Positions 36,391-50,283 of a stretch of DNA of 64,000 bases are shown here, in pieces. Positions within the stretch are counted from its first letter, which is position 1. Each line of letters starts with the position of its first letter. A program made the position numbers and the translations under genes. Origin of the DNA: Lama guanicoe (Eukaryota); contig MU056358.1 of the NCBI GenBank assembly GCA_013239625.1, forward strand, positions 12,597,285 through 12,661,284, read 5' to 3'. Under the pieces are notes generated by a model, which saw only the letters and a program-made list of their open reading frames with translations, was not told the DNA's origin and did not search any database.

Positions 36391-39300
36391 TTTTAATTTA
36401 AAGGAGAAATAGGTACAGATAATGACAAAAAAAAAAAACCTCCAGTAAAGTTTCTGACTGGAAGTGATGTCTAAGCCGAGTCTAGAATATTCTAGGAGTT
36501 AGATGAAACAGAAGAGAAGAAAGCAAGCGAATTCTTGCCAGAGAGAGGAAACAGTAGATGAAATTACCAGAGGTCACTGTCACTGGAGCTTCAAGAGCAA
36601 GGCCATGAATGAGCACTGGGCATAGAGGCATTAGATGGTGAAAGTTGTTGTGATTTCTGTCTGAGGTAATATACACAGGTGAGGTGCTTTAGGACAAACA
36701 GGACCATGATATCCACAGAGGATGGGAGAAAGACATGAGAACAAAATTGTCTAATGTGAAAAAACCACCATCAGGCCAACACACAGCTCAGTGACGTTAA
36801 CTGATTTCACGATCCTGAGTTTCCTCGGCCTGAGGATGACTTCGTTCATGATGTGGATACCCTCACCACTCGGTGATAATGGGTGGGGCTTAGACAAAGG
36901 TGCAGAATTGCACTGAACCAAACACCAAGTAGAGCCTGAATGGAGACTTTTTGAAATTCTCCTTTCTGATGAATGGGCCAATTATGTTAACTTTGCCTCT
37001 TTCATTTTAGGGACAGATAAACAAACACAATATAGCTCAAAAATTAACTTGCTATTACTTTATACAGAATCCTTACTGATTGAAGCAAGAAGCTATTTGG
37101 AAAGATTCTAATAGGAATGGCTGTTCTGTTCATGAATTCATTAAAGTTAGGGGAATATTATTCCCTTAATTTGTCTACTGCACTTCCCCTCAGTCAAGCC
37201 ATGTAAACACAGGGCATTGCCCTGAAAATCTCCTTCAAATCTTAGCTGGTGCCAACTACAGGTGTCCTGCAACAACTAAGAGCAAAATGATAGATATACA
37301 ATACTAGAATCAAAAAAAAAACCCTTTTAAGTTTTAATTTTAAATGTCTGATGAGAATGTCGAAAACTTTCATTTTCAGTCTACCAGAAAGGTAAAATTC
37401 CATACTATTAGTTTACTAAATATATTCTAAGGTGCCCTGATAGGAACTCTAAAAAAAACCCTACATGCCTGAAAACTGATGCATTTTTACATGTCTGTCT
37501 TTCCAGTGTCCGTGTGCTGTACACTAGTAGACATGGGTGGGATGTAAATAAAAGCAACATTCTTCATGACACGCTTCAGAAACAGGGACCCAGGACTGTC
37601 AGAGCATAGAACAATGGTCAAAAGTGACTCTTTGGAAGAATGACTTGACTCTCTTACCCACCTTAATTACTCTATTTATAAAAAGGTGAGTACATTCAGA
37701 CTAAGAAACAAAATGATTTTTTTAAGAAAAGTACAATAGATAAAAACTATACCACTTAAAACATTATTCCCACTTTCCATCTTTCAGATCAGGCAAAGCA
37801 ACTCACAATTGCTCTTTTCAAAAAAATTGGGTAACCAATTAGAAAAATTCCTCAAGAACACAATTATTATTTGCACAACAGTGATTTGCAACTTCCAAAG
37901 TAATAACACTTTTTTGATCATTTAGCAAAATTACTTTCCTACTTTCCTACTCAATAGGCTTTCCTACTCAAATCTCTCCTCCTCGAATTGCTCTCTATTT
38001 TATCTTCTCAACACAGAAAAGTTGTTTATCTTGGGAAAATGAAAGTGTTAGTCTGCTAAAGTTTGAGAAGAAAGAACTCAATGAAAAAAAAAAGGAGAAA
38101 ATTAAAGTTTCAAAAGGCTTTAGAAAGAAGACTTGGATTACAATTCTAACTGGACTTTCAAATGACCAACCAGACTTTCAACTCACTGTGTTTTTCCTTA
38201 AGTGACTCAAACTCTCTCCTTACCATCGCAGTTTTGTAATGTGTCAAAAGCAGAATATCTACTGCACTGATTTCATAAGGTAGTTATGAAGGATAAAATG
38301 AGAGAACTATTTGGGAAGGTTTAAAGCACTGCAAAATATAAAAGACTATTAACAAGGTACATCACTTTGTAAAGAACTAGTAGAACCAGAGAAAGGGGAA
38401 AAAAAATCAAGATATTGATATAATTTATAAACCTGACATTAGGTGTCAAAATACTACAATGATTCAATGCTTTTCCTTGGCAGACTTCACTTTTTAAAAG
38501 AAACTCTTAGGTTAAAAGCAGTTTAGTTTAGATTCAATTCTTCATTTCCTTTAATTCAATGAATCATTTAAAATGTGGAACATCCAAATGTGATTCTTTG
38601 TTATAAATATAATTTCCACATGTTTGAATCAGGCCTTCCCTGGGAACCAGCAAGGATGTATGAAGCAGTGATTATTTCAATATGCTTATAGATATAATAA
38701 AAATAGAAAAAAGATGTAAGAGAGAAAAGTGTTAAGACAGATATGTACTTTATTGCCAGGTATGTGAAATCTCTTTCCCTTTGATGACCTGTGTCACCCT
38801 GATCTTTACCCCTCCCAAACAGCTTTTCAGAGGTGTCGATAATTGCGCTTCTGCATAACTTTCAAGCTACGTGATCACCATAGAAACCAACAAGTACATG
38901 TTTAAAGAAATGAGATAAAGTCATAGACAGCAGGGGCTCGGGAGGGTAGAGTTCTACAGGTTGGCCAGATGTGCTGTGAATTCTAGGTTAAGAAACCACT
39001 ACAGATTCAAAGGACAACCAGTTAAACATTAATTTGGTTTTACTGAGAAATACGTAACAGGCTTTCCAGTTTCCTTATTTTGCTTCTGATGTTGCCTTAT
39101 CAATCAAGGTGGCACAAGTAATGTGTAAGAATTCAGACGAGTTTTTTTTTTTTTTTAGAAAGTTATGTCTTGGATTCTAAAACGGAATACATTTCCTGGG
39201 AGGAATAACTGGATTGAATCATCTTACCTAAAGCAGGACCTACCTGGTTCATATTATGAATTAATGGAGTAGAATATTGTGTTCTTGTGAATTATTATCA

Positions 39301-40277
39301 CCTAATACTCAACCTATTATTATTGTTGAGATAATTGACAAATCTCTGTAAAATTGTTTTGCCTAAACTTCATTCAAAATCCAAAGTTAAGACAAATTTA
39401 TCTACACTGTCAGTACATTTCCAACCCTTCTGGAGTTAGTCTCAGGAGGCAGGTGGGAAAGGACACAGTCTTGTGGGCCCAGAACATTTATCATTTGGTG
39501 TCAGTGTACTATTGTGCTGAGCTTTTTCATGTGGGGCCTTTGTGGGTTTCTTGGGGTTCCACGGTCTCAGGGTATTCAGACTGGCATCCTCTGGCAAGGG
39601 CTTTGCTCTCTGACCTCCTGGAGACTCCCTTCCGCATTGGAATCTCAGGAAGCTCAGCTTTTCTCTGCTAAGGATACCTTTTCATTGGTAGAAACCCTTC
39701 CAGTGTCAGGTCCATACAATGCCACTGCATCTTGATCTAATTTTGTTTGCCCTAAGGCTGAAGAGCATAAATCACTTATGATAGAGTTTGAAAACAAGGT
39801 ATTTTGACCTAGAGGTCTTAGATCCAGAGATATAAAATTTTACCAGTCTCCTGCAAAAGCTTCCCTTTCTAAAGGTTCTATCTTGGGTTAACTACCAAAG
39901 GCAGCATCTGATAAAGACCTAGACAAACATTAACTGACACCCCTGGTCCTTTTTATTTACAGACTCTGTGTCTTCTTCAGTGAAATAAAAATGTGTCAAA
40001 GTTTTTACATTCTTAATTCAAACTTGATCCTAAAACTTTATGAATGTCCTGTGATATTTTTATACCATTTCTTAAGGTTACTCATTAGTTTTTGAATTGT
40101 ACAGTTTTAACAATTCTCTATTAGAGTTTTTCCATTTCTTTTTTTTCCAGTTAGAACAAATTAACTTATTTGTGGATGAAGAAAAAGGTAGGGAAACTGA
40201 TATATGGTAGATTCTATCTTCAGTCCTTAGATTCAACATTTTAGGATACATCTGGATATTGGTTCCTTATCATAAAC

Positions 40278-41610
40278 TTTTTTTATTGACACACAATCAA
40301 TTTACAATATTATGTTAGTTTCAGATGTACAACAAAGTGATTAAATATTTTATAGATTATACTCCATTTAAAGTTATTATAAAATATTGGCTATATTCCC
40401 TTGTTGCTCAATATATCTTTGTAGCTTATTTATTTTATACATAGTAGTTTATACCTCTTAATCCCTCTTTCCCTGTCTTGTCTCTCCCCACTTCCCTTTC
40501 CCCATTGATAGCTACTAGTTTGTTCTCTATATCTGTGAATCTGTTTCTTTGTTATATTCACTAGTTTGTTTTAGTTTTAAATTCCACACACAAGTGATAT
40601 CANNNNNNNNNNNNNNNNNNNNNNNNNNNNNNNNNNNNNNNNNNNNNNNNNNNNNNNNNNNNNNNNNNNNNNNNNNNNNNNNNNNNNNNNNNNNNNNNNN
40701 NNNNNNNNNNNNNNNNNNNNNNNNNNNNNNNNNCTTTTAAGTTTAACTAGGTTCCATTTGTTTATTTTTCCTTTTATTTCCTTTGCCTGAGAAGACAGAA
40801 CCAAAAAAAAAAAGTTGCTACAATTTATGTCAAAGAATGTTCTGCCTATCTATTCTTTTTTTTCCACAATGTGTCAATTTCTAATGTACAGCACAATGTC
40901 CCAGTCATGCATATACATACATATACTCATTTTCACATTTGGCTATCTTTTCTTCTAGGAATTTCCTGCCTTACATTTAGGTATTTAATCCATTTTGAGT
41001 TTATTTTTTGTATATGATGTGAGAAAATGTAGCTGTTCAGTTTTCCTACCATGACTTATTGAAGAGACTGTCTTTCCTCCACTGTATATTCCTGCCTCCT
41101 TTGTCATAAATTGATTGACCATAAACGCGTGGGTTTATTTCTGGGCTTTCTAATCTGTTCCACTGAGCTATGTGTCTGTTTCTGTGACAGTACCACACAG
41201 TTTTGATTACTGTAGCTCTGTAGTATAGTCTAAAGTAAGGAAGCATGATACTTCACCTTTTCTTTTTAGTCTTAAGACAGCTTTGGCAATATGGGGCCTT
41301 TTGTGGTTCCATATAAAATTTTAAATTATTTGTTCTACTTCTGTGGAAAAAATATCAGGTATTTTTAAAAATAGGAATTGCATTAAACCTATAAATTCCT
41401 TTGGGTATTATGGATAGTTTAACAATATTAATTCTTCTAATTCATGAACACAATATCCTTCCATTTCTTTGTATCATCTTCAATCTCCATCAATGTTTTA
41501 TAGTTTTCAAAGTAAAGGCCTTTCACCTCTGTGGTTAAGTTTAATCATAGGTGATTTTGAAAGGGATTATTTTCTTGCTTTCTCTTTCTAGTAGTTTGTT
41601 ATTTTGTGAG
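40278..41610 (-). mobile_element. LINE-1 fragment (ORF2 C-terminal part and 3' UTR), spans an N-gap
   Basis: ORF2 peptides [49 protein letters not shown] and KEIKGKINKWNLVKLK; L1 3' UTR with T-tail at 40278-40602. Confidence 0.92.
40603..40733. other. Assembly gap (131 N)
   Basis: N run inside L1. Confidence 0.99.
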
Positions 41611-44600
41611 AAACAATCTTCCCAGAGGCTATACCTATAATGAAAATGAATTTGGAATTTGAAGGAGGTTTTTGCAATATAATTTTGGACTTGTTTGTAA
41701 ACTACCCAAGCAGTTAAATGTAGTCATAAGTTGACAGAGAGGATTATGATTTTCCTCCAACTTATAACATTAATAAAGAAGACCCTGTTTGAGGTAAGAC
41801 CAGTTATTTAAAAGAAGGCACCAATAACTTGTAGATCAGTTGAGTTGTCCCACAGATAAATGTGCTATTTGCCTCTGCTTAGTGTGCTTCTTTGCAAATC
41901 TCTGCCTATGAGGAATTGAGGGGAAATGACAAGATGAAAGATGGCATGAAAAGAAAAATAGACACAGTCAGGAAGTCATTCCATCTTGACTGTGCCACTC
42001 TACAGCTATGCAACCTGGGTCCTCAGTGTTTCCTACTATGTCAAGTAAATGGGTTTGATTCAAGGATCTCTAATGTGGTATGACATCTTTATTATCAGAG
42101 TAAATATGATTCCTTCTGTCTATTTTCTAATAAGGCTTTTTAATAATCTTTCCACTAAGAAATTTCTTATGTTTTTGAAAGGGCACTTAGGACACAATGC
42201 TCAGGTCTAAATTTTCCTAATGAAAGGGGAATCTTCAATTCCTCCAACCACATAGGATCATGATTAGAGGGTTGGAAAGCCTTTTAGGCAGAAGCTGGGG
42301 AGGCATCTATTTAGGGATATTAGTGGTCTATTGTGTTAGCAATTTATCCTTTGCCCAAGGTACAAACTACACTAGATAATCTCAAAAGTCCACTCTAGCT
42401 CTCAGATTTCATCTGCCAGACATCATGCTGTTAAGTTTTTATCAAAAATGTCTCACACCCTCCAGTCACTTTGTGGAATTAGAAACCAACTGCATTTGCC
42501 ACCCAAACAGACAGGCTGGAGTTTCCAACTGCAGATTACTGAGTGGCCCAGAATATTTGCTGCTGCCTCTACATTGCATGTGAGGTGCAGAGAACATACT
42601 TTTCCCCTTTTCTCCTTCCCATTTGCTTTCTGTTAGGACATTCTCATTTTCCTAAGACTAGGGGTCTTCTGACATTTTCCCAGGTCACCAAGACATAGAG
42701 CCCCAGCCAACATTACTACTGCTGAAGTTGCCTTTGCCTGGTTTGTCAAGATTCTTGGCCAAGAGAGAATTCCAGGGGATAGCAACCCTTCTGAATTGCC
42801 AAAGTCTAGCTATTGTGACTTCTTGGTCAGTACATGAGATTTCTCCAGGCAATTGCCTGGTTAGCACCTTCCTCTCTCCAGGAGAATGTAAAGCTCAAAA
42901 AAAAAGCAAATTAAGTCCTCTTCAAAAGTAGCCTAAATAATCTGGCTCTGTTAACATTTCTTTACTGTTATTGGAAAATCTTTATTTAGCCCTACAGCTA
43001 AAAAAAAAAAAATCTAATTATTTCAGGACAAGCAGCTGTTTCGCATGTTCTGATCCTAGAGCTCCCACTTGTGCCCAGATGGGAAATTGATTCAAGGAAG
43101 AACTAAGGGTCAGCCCATTTAGATTGTGAGGTTCAAGCAGTGCACTCGAGCAGCTGGTCCTTAAACTTTAGTGTGCATTTTAACTATATATAAAACTGTA
43201 TCACAATACAGGTGAAGGAATACAACCTGTAAACCAGGACCTTTTCAGTTAGCTTTTCAGAAAACTGAAATGCAAAACAAAGCGTGAGAATCTGTCTCAG
43301 AGGAAAAAAAAAAAAGCCAAATCTCCAAAATGGAGGTTAAAACCAATGGCTCTCAAATTTTAATATGCATAAGAATTGCCTTGTGTTTTTATGAATATTT
43401 TTATGCTGAACATTCAGAGATTCTCTGGATTTTAGGGAAAGACTAAAAGTCAATTTTAAAATAGACACCCGAAGGTGTTCTGCACCAGCTGGTCTTGACA
43501 AACCCTGGCAAAGACAGTCAAGTTCCCCAAGTGGGAAAAAGCTGCTGGAGGTCAAAGGAGAAACTTAACTGTTCCTCTCCTCACAAGGAAAAGAATCAGC
43601 TTCCAGATCCCATCATTTAACATCACAAGGCTATTTTTCTCTTATTACTTGGAAATATCAGAACCCACTTTGGGAGAGTCAGAGTGACACATTTTTCTAA
43701 AGGACAGACCTAGTCTTTAGTAGCATCATCTGCTTGAGTCAGATACCCGAAGGAGGCTTCAGAAGTCATCCAGGTCAACTTCTAGAGGCTAGACCCAGAG
43801 AGGTCAGGTGCTAGGCCCAGGAAAGGACCTCAGAAGTGCAACAGTAAATAGAACAAGCATCTGAACTCAGAGCTCCATGGTGGGCTATCAGAGAACAATG
43901 AAGAGTCTCTGAACACACCTTCTCACAAAGCAAGCATGCTGTGCTGTCTTGACTCTAGCGTGGGTGCTGGCACAGGGATCTTTTACCACATGATGCCCCT
44001 GGGCACCAGGCTCCCTCTGTTTCATTCACTGATGTCTATCACCTTCTATTATGTACTGCTCTCATCACATTCTTCTCTCACCTTGAAAAGGTGAAAAGAA
44101 AAATTAATTCACAAATCTATGAGAACCAGAGAAACACAGTTGGTAAGAGTTGAGTGCTAATGCACCCTTATGCCCAGAAATGAGCTCAAAATACTATGTT
44201 ATCATTGTAATTATTTTTAAGATAGCCAAGTAATTGAAGCAATGCTTAGACCTGATTTCTAATCCTGATGTAACGTAAGTGGGATAGTTTGAAATCTCTC
44301 AAAGGTTACTGTGAAACTATCAAAAACAAAATTAAGTCTATCCTTATCTTTTTAAACTTTTGCTAGCTTGATGGACAAAAACTGGCAAATCAAATTATGA
44401 TCCAAAGGTATCTTAGCCCTAAAAGGATTCAGAATAAATAATCTACATACTGAACAATGATTAATTATGAAAAATAAAAATCAGGAGACATTTAAGCTTC
44501 ATTCAGATCATGAAAGCAGTATTTATTCAAGTTGACAGTTCTATAGTTCTAAGTCTATGAAACTGATTATTTTCTCCTACTGTTCCCACCCAAAGTGGCT

Positions 44601-45188
44601 GTATTAATCAGATCAAGACTATGGACAGTTGTTGCCTCGAAGACACTCAGGTAAACGAACTGTATCATGTAGTCTATTGGTCAGACTCTATATTGGTGAT
44701 TTTGCCACCATGGATCAGGAAACTGAAGAGTCAGAAATGGATCTACCCTGACCACTATCCCCTTATAAAAGAAACTATGGCTCAGAGGTTAGACTGTTTA
44801 ATTTAGATCACCAGATAGTTATTTGCCGATGAAGAAGTATAACCCAGGAAAGTTCTTAATTCAGCTCCCAAGGAAACTGAGGCTAGATAGTAAGAATAAA
44901 TACAAGGATACATAGTATAGTTATATGTTATTTAAATAATTTTCAAGAGAATTAGACACTTAGGCAAACAAGATGAGAATGTGTCACTGAGGAGACTGGG
45001 AAGTGTTAAGATTGGCAAGGACCTATACCTCTTAACAGGCACCCAGCAGATCCATACAACAAAAATCGAGATTCTTTGTTGTCGTTCTGCCTTACATCTT
45101 TAGAGAACATGTTTTAAAATAGCAAGAGTCTGAAGTTTTATTCTCTAATAAATTCAAATGTGGAAGAATCATATAGAAATAAGAATAC

Positions 45189-45290
45189 CTAGGGACGGAA
45201 ATCACTCCTGCTCCCGGTTTAGTAGGATTACACCTCATTTTCACAGCAGTTGATCGGCCATTAACGCAAGAGGTTGTAGTTGTAGAGGAC
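45189..45290 (-). CDS. ELAPOR2: ELAPOR2 coding exon
   Basis: caaatag|G TCC TCT ... CCT AG|gtattc; 102 nt; SSTTTTSCVNGRSTAVKMRCNPTKPGAGVISVP(S). Confidence 0.95.
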
Positions 45291-45836
45291 CTATTTGAAG
45301 GCAAAGCAGATGTGACACAGATTATAAAGACAAAAATATCCTGTGCATAATTGCTCCAATGCTCTATTAATAAATAAAATAATATATCAAAGTTCACTAA
45401 TTTAGAATTTTAATACACATGGAGTTCATTTACTTCCACTGTCTATGATAAGTTGACTATTCCCCAAGTAAAGAGATAAGCTATCATCAAAGGATTTAGT
45501 AAAGCTATTGTAATTATAATCAAAATTATAATCAAAAGAATTTTTAAGGAATTAGAGGTCGTATCTACTTAAGCTGATGTTTTGATGTTTGAATTATAAA
45601 TAATTACTGCCTAGACAATGAAGTAGTCTCTTTATTGACTAATTCAAAAGATTATATATATGAGAAAAATTTTATAATGCTCTCTAAATATTCCAAGTTT
45701 CCTATTTTTTTACTAAGTCTTTCATTTAAGAACCAATTACTGATTATCTAATAAGTATAAGCTACTATGCCAGGCACCCTGAAGTGACATCTTTATGATT
45801 AAAAAAATAGTTAAGAGAAGCAGCATGTTCACTTAC

Positions 45837-45933
45837 TTATAAAAGAAATGCACATCTGGTATTTGGCTCGGTGAAACTGGGAACATATCTTCTTTTATAT
45901 TAATATTTTGCAATGTGGTTTCAACTGTCACTC
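45837..45933 (-). CDS. ELAPOR2: ELAPOR2 coding exon
   Basis: catctag|GA GTG ... TAT AA|gtaagt; 97 nt; (G)VTVETTLQNINIKEDMFPVSPSQIPDVHFFY(K). Confidence 0.95.
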
Positions 45934-46501
45934 CTAGATGACAATAAAAAGAAACTATTAAATAATATGGGAAAATTAGATTTATTTAGTCTCTGAATAT
46001 CTGAATAGAAACTAGCTTTACTTTGATGCTGCCATTTAATTGGAAATATTGTATTAAATTAATTCATTCTTGGTAAGAATAATAAAATTCACAGTTTCCA
46101 GAATAAAAAATAAAAAGATTCTACTCCCCAGCTTTGCAATTTTTCATAAGTCACTTTACTTTCTTGGTTCTTATGTCCTGAATCTGCAAAATGCATTCAA
46201 TAATTTACATAACCTTTAAAGTCTCTTCCAGTTCTAACATTTAAACAATCTAACATTAGAATTACCTTCTTGTGAGTTTTGTCAAATGAGCTGGGCTACT
46301 TTGCTAATGTAGGTTTTTTGTCCATATTTGACAAAATAGAAATTTTTGTGCCTTACTAATTTCCAGAAAATAACTCCAAAATTTGCTTAATCTAGAAGTA
46401 AGGCATTCCCTTCACTCCAGGCAAAAAGGGAGCAGAGCCAAAATGCAAGCAGGAACAGCAACCTTTGTTCTAACAGAGTTCTGATGCTGAGCACAAGCTC
46501 A

Positions 46502-46522
46502 GCAACTGTCCTTGGTGCTGAA
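46502..46522 (-). promoter_or_regulatory. RE1/NRSE (REST binding site)
   Basis: Minus strand TTCAGCACCAAGGACAGTTGC versus consensus TTCAGCACCACGGACAGCGCC: 17/21, both half-sites perfect with canonical 2-nt spacer. Confidence 0.75.
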
Positions 46523-47186
46523 AATTACAGTTAAATTCTTCGGCAGTCTGTATCAATGGTTCTCAAATCTGGCTGCAGAATACAATCATCTAAGAAGCTT
46601 GTTAAATTGCTAGATTATCATATGTCTTGTTAGATCCCTAATCCCTACCCCAGAGACTTTAATGAACTTTATCCTTAAGAATTACTAATTAGGGACTTGA
46701 ATTACTCTTAAAAGTTTCTTATACTTTCCAGACCGCAGGGATAGAAAGGGCAGGTGGGGAATAACACTCATTCACTCTTGCTGCTTGCCACCAGCTTACT
46801 TCTAGTATGAGAAAAGATGATGAAAACTGGTAGCAGATACTATGAGTTAAGTTTATATTGTTTGTTTACTGTTCTTTTGTTCAGTTTTTCTTTTGATTTT
46901 TTAAAATTATTTTGCCTTTTAAAGTCCTAGAGAATCTGATGAAAGGCAGACTCTCAAAAAACAACGTATCATACATGAGTTAATACATAAATTCGGAAGC
47001 TTCTTGTACTCACTGAGAATGATCAAAAAGATTTCACTTGCAGGGGCTTTTTAACCATGTTACAAAGTGATGATTTAGAATTACCTGCAGACTTTAATCA
47101 TCTATGGTAAGCACCAATGCATGACAAGTTATCAGTACCATAGTTTTAGAACAAATGCATGCATATATGAACCAAATGAAGCTTAC

Positions 47187-47376
47187 CTAAAAATGTATCT
47201 GCAAGAATGATGGATTGTGATGATAAGGCTGCTCGGAAACCCTTACTTTCAGAAGGAATAATAGTTGACTGGCATACAAATGCTCCTACCAAATTCGTGT
47301 AATCATCTGACCCTGCCACCATTTCCTTTACTGTAAAGTCTGTAATATTGTTGGTACAGAGAGCCATCTTCTTCCC
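47187..47376 (-). CDS. ELAPOR2: ELAPOR2 coding exon
   Basis: tttctag|GGG AAG AAG ATG ... TTA G|gtaagc; 190 nt; GKKMALCTNNITDFTVKEMVAGSDDYTNLVGAFVCQSTIIPSESKGFRAALSSQSIILADTFL. Confidence 0.97.
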
Positions 47377-48289
47377 CTAGAAAAATAAAGTCATAAAGAG
47401 GTTTTATTGAAGGTCAGTCTCTAACCTGGATCTCAGCTAGCCAGTAACTCTAGCAGAGCATGGGCTCTTTCTTCCCTGAAATTCTGATTTAACTGATCTC
47501 ATATGGGGCCTGGGCACCAGCACTTTTAAAAAGCTCTTGAGGCAATTCCAGTGTTTAATCAGGGTTGAGAGTCACTGAAGTTATAATGAATACGGTAATT
47601 CAAGACTGTAAGGCTCCTGCCAACTACAAGCATCATCTGTGCTGGATGAAAGCCGTCTAATTTAAGGAAATAAAAGTCATCTATGAAATCTTCAGTTCTT
47701 AGGATAACAATGCATACAAAGTAACCAGAAAACTCCTGGTGAATGTTTCAATACCAAGAAAAAAGACTTGCTCCTTCTCCTTCTGTATAGGCCATATGTG
47801 GCAGAAAAGTAATGTCAAGGCTGAAAAAGAAAACATAAAAGTCTAGGACAACATCTAAACTCTATAGAGTTACTACAAGTGTCTTTATTTACCTACTCTT
47901 AGACTGTGTGATGTGTATCTGCTCAACTAGACAGTAAGTTAAAGGGAGTAAAGGAGTTTAGTGTTTTAATCATTTAAAGGATAGTTGGAAGACACAATTT
48001 AGGAAAATTGGAGGACTTTAAATATAGTATGTTTAAATAAACTGCAGTCCCACTGCAAAGGACTATAACTTCCTCTAAAATTTCTACGAAGAAATGTATA
48101 AAGAAAAACAAACACTATTTCATTGGTCTTAGATGTAATGTGCACAGATAGGCATAAATAAAAGAGATTTCTCTTTCTTAATGCAGCTAGCAATTCTAAC
48201 CTATAAAATTTTCTCCCTTCACCAAGCCCACTCAACAACAATGCAGGTGGCAACATATTGTTACTAAGCTTGAATTAAATTGTTGACAC

Positions 48290-48425
48290 CATAAGAAAGA
48301 AACAAGGAAAAAGAGCAGAGAGAAACTACTAGGGAAAGGAAGAGGAAAATGACAGTAAAAGGAAAGGAATGAGAATAAAGAGGAAAGAAAGAGAAGGAAG
48401 ACGAAAGAGAAGATCAAAGACAGTG
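48290..48425 (+). repeat. GA-rich low-complexity tract
   Basis: Predominantly purine sequence. Confidence 0.7.
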
Positions 48426-49390
48426 GGAATACAGGCGTAAGACTGCGAAGTGTGATGTATAATGGAATTAATTTTATTCACTGCTTTATGCAGTATTTAA
48501 CACAACAGGTGTTTGATATGTATGTATTTACTGAGTGAACTGAGTGACTAATCAATTGAGGGAGTGTGTTGGATCAATACACATAAAATCAGGACAGGAC
48601 AAATGCCATATCACACAGAATGTACTGATCTTTTTGTCTGAAAACTTCATCAGATCTCTTTTTACTTCCTTTGTACAAAGGTTTGCATAGCATCTGATAA
48701 TGAAGACCACCGGAAATACAGGAGTTAAGATGGAAAGAGACATGGAGGAAATGCCTTATTATTATTTTTCACCTTTGCTAATGGTGAATGCATACATCCC
48801 AAACCCCAACCTTGTATGCCCACAAAAATACTGGACACGTAGTCCTATAACTCTCCCATTACCAGCATCAATTAAGGCTCTGCTTCTTCCCAAGGAAAAT
48901 AAAATCCCATTATTTATTTATTAGCAGAGGGTACCTGCTCAACTGAAATTTGTCCCCTGCTTTCTTTTTCTTTTAGGACAAACTTCCTCCTGAAAGTCTT
49001 TTCTTTTTCAAACACAAAACTGAGGATATAAACAACAGTAAAAAACTTTCTCAAACTATAACTTCCTGCCTAAAAAAATAGGTGGGATTGACAAGCTTGG
49101 CCCATTTTTACAAAAATGAAAGATCTTCAAAGCACTTGTATCACAGCTCCAAGCTTTGGGGTTCAACTGACTGGGTAAGTGCTTTGATGGACTGAGAACC
49201 AGACAAGGTTGCCCCTGGGGGAGAAAACAGCGAACATGCTAGGAGGCAACAGAGGATTTAAGCTGTCAGAGCTCAGTTTCGGACATTTGGTTGTCAGTTT
49301 CCATAGAGATTTTTACTGGTCCATCAACACAGAAAATAACTCAATCAGAGCTGACACAGAGCTCCATCTCACCTTGGCAGCCAAACTCAC

Positions 49391-49564
49391 CTCATGCCCA
49401 CACAGACTGATATTGAAGAAGTGGAAGTATTTTGTTCCTTTGGAGGTAAAGCTGGGACCATTCATTAATGAGCCCACACTGCTGAGGGTGCTGAAGTCAT
49501 AGCGCAAACTCTGATTTTCTTTCTCATGGTAGAAAAAGCAGTCACTATAGCAAACTGAGTGGTC
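49391..49564 (-). CDS. ELAPOR2: ELAPOR2 coding exon
   Basis: atcaaag|GAC CAC ... CAT GAG|gtgagt; 174 nt; DHSVCYSDCFFYHEKENQSLRYDFSTLSSVGSLMNGPSFTSKGTKYFHFFNISLCGHE. Confidence 0.96.
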
Positions 49565-50283
49565 CTTTGATTAGATATTAAGAAAGGTAAAAAAACCAAA
49601 ACAACAAAAAAACAATATGGTAGGAAAGAAAGTATTAACCGCTATGAAAAAATGTGCTTCAAAAAAACTGTGGTTTCAAACTATTTCATGAATTTCTGTC
49701 TTAGTTACAGTATATTTTACCACGTTAATACAGAAAATTCCCAAACTCTAGATTTCCTGAGGCAAAGTTCAGAAGAGTCAGAATTTTTTTTTAGAGAGTA
49801 AAGTTATTCTAAGATTAGTTTCTTGTAGAAAGACGTTTTAATAAAAAGACAAAATTTCCTGTTGTGCCAGTTTAAATATAGCTTAAACTATGTTTCCTTC
49901 ACCCATAATACAGCATCAATTTTTGCCCTTAAAATATTATAAGACCTACTTGCCGTTCTCCATATCCATCTACAGCTACCTACAGAGAGGTAGTCACTTG
50001 CTCCACCTTAATGGAATAGATCAGAAATCGGTTCTAATATTTTTGGGAAGTGTTCTAACTTGGAGGCTCTTCTTAATATTTCACATCCCCAGTCATTAGC
50101 ACATTCATGGCACACAAGTGCTTCATGGATGTGAGAAGAAATAAGATAAGAAAGGGAATGAAAATGTCCTTTATAAATTTAGATAGCAACTTCATAGCTC
50201 CTGGAGACACAGTAAGAGGAACCTTTGAGTTTCTCTATTAAAACATGCTTTCCTGGGGATAACGGACATACAGACCCACTTAC

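Noticed and set aside
37147-37170. Short hairpin ttaggggaatattattcccttaa
   Set aside because: Too short and AT-rich for a pre-miRNA or other structured RNA; expected by chance
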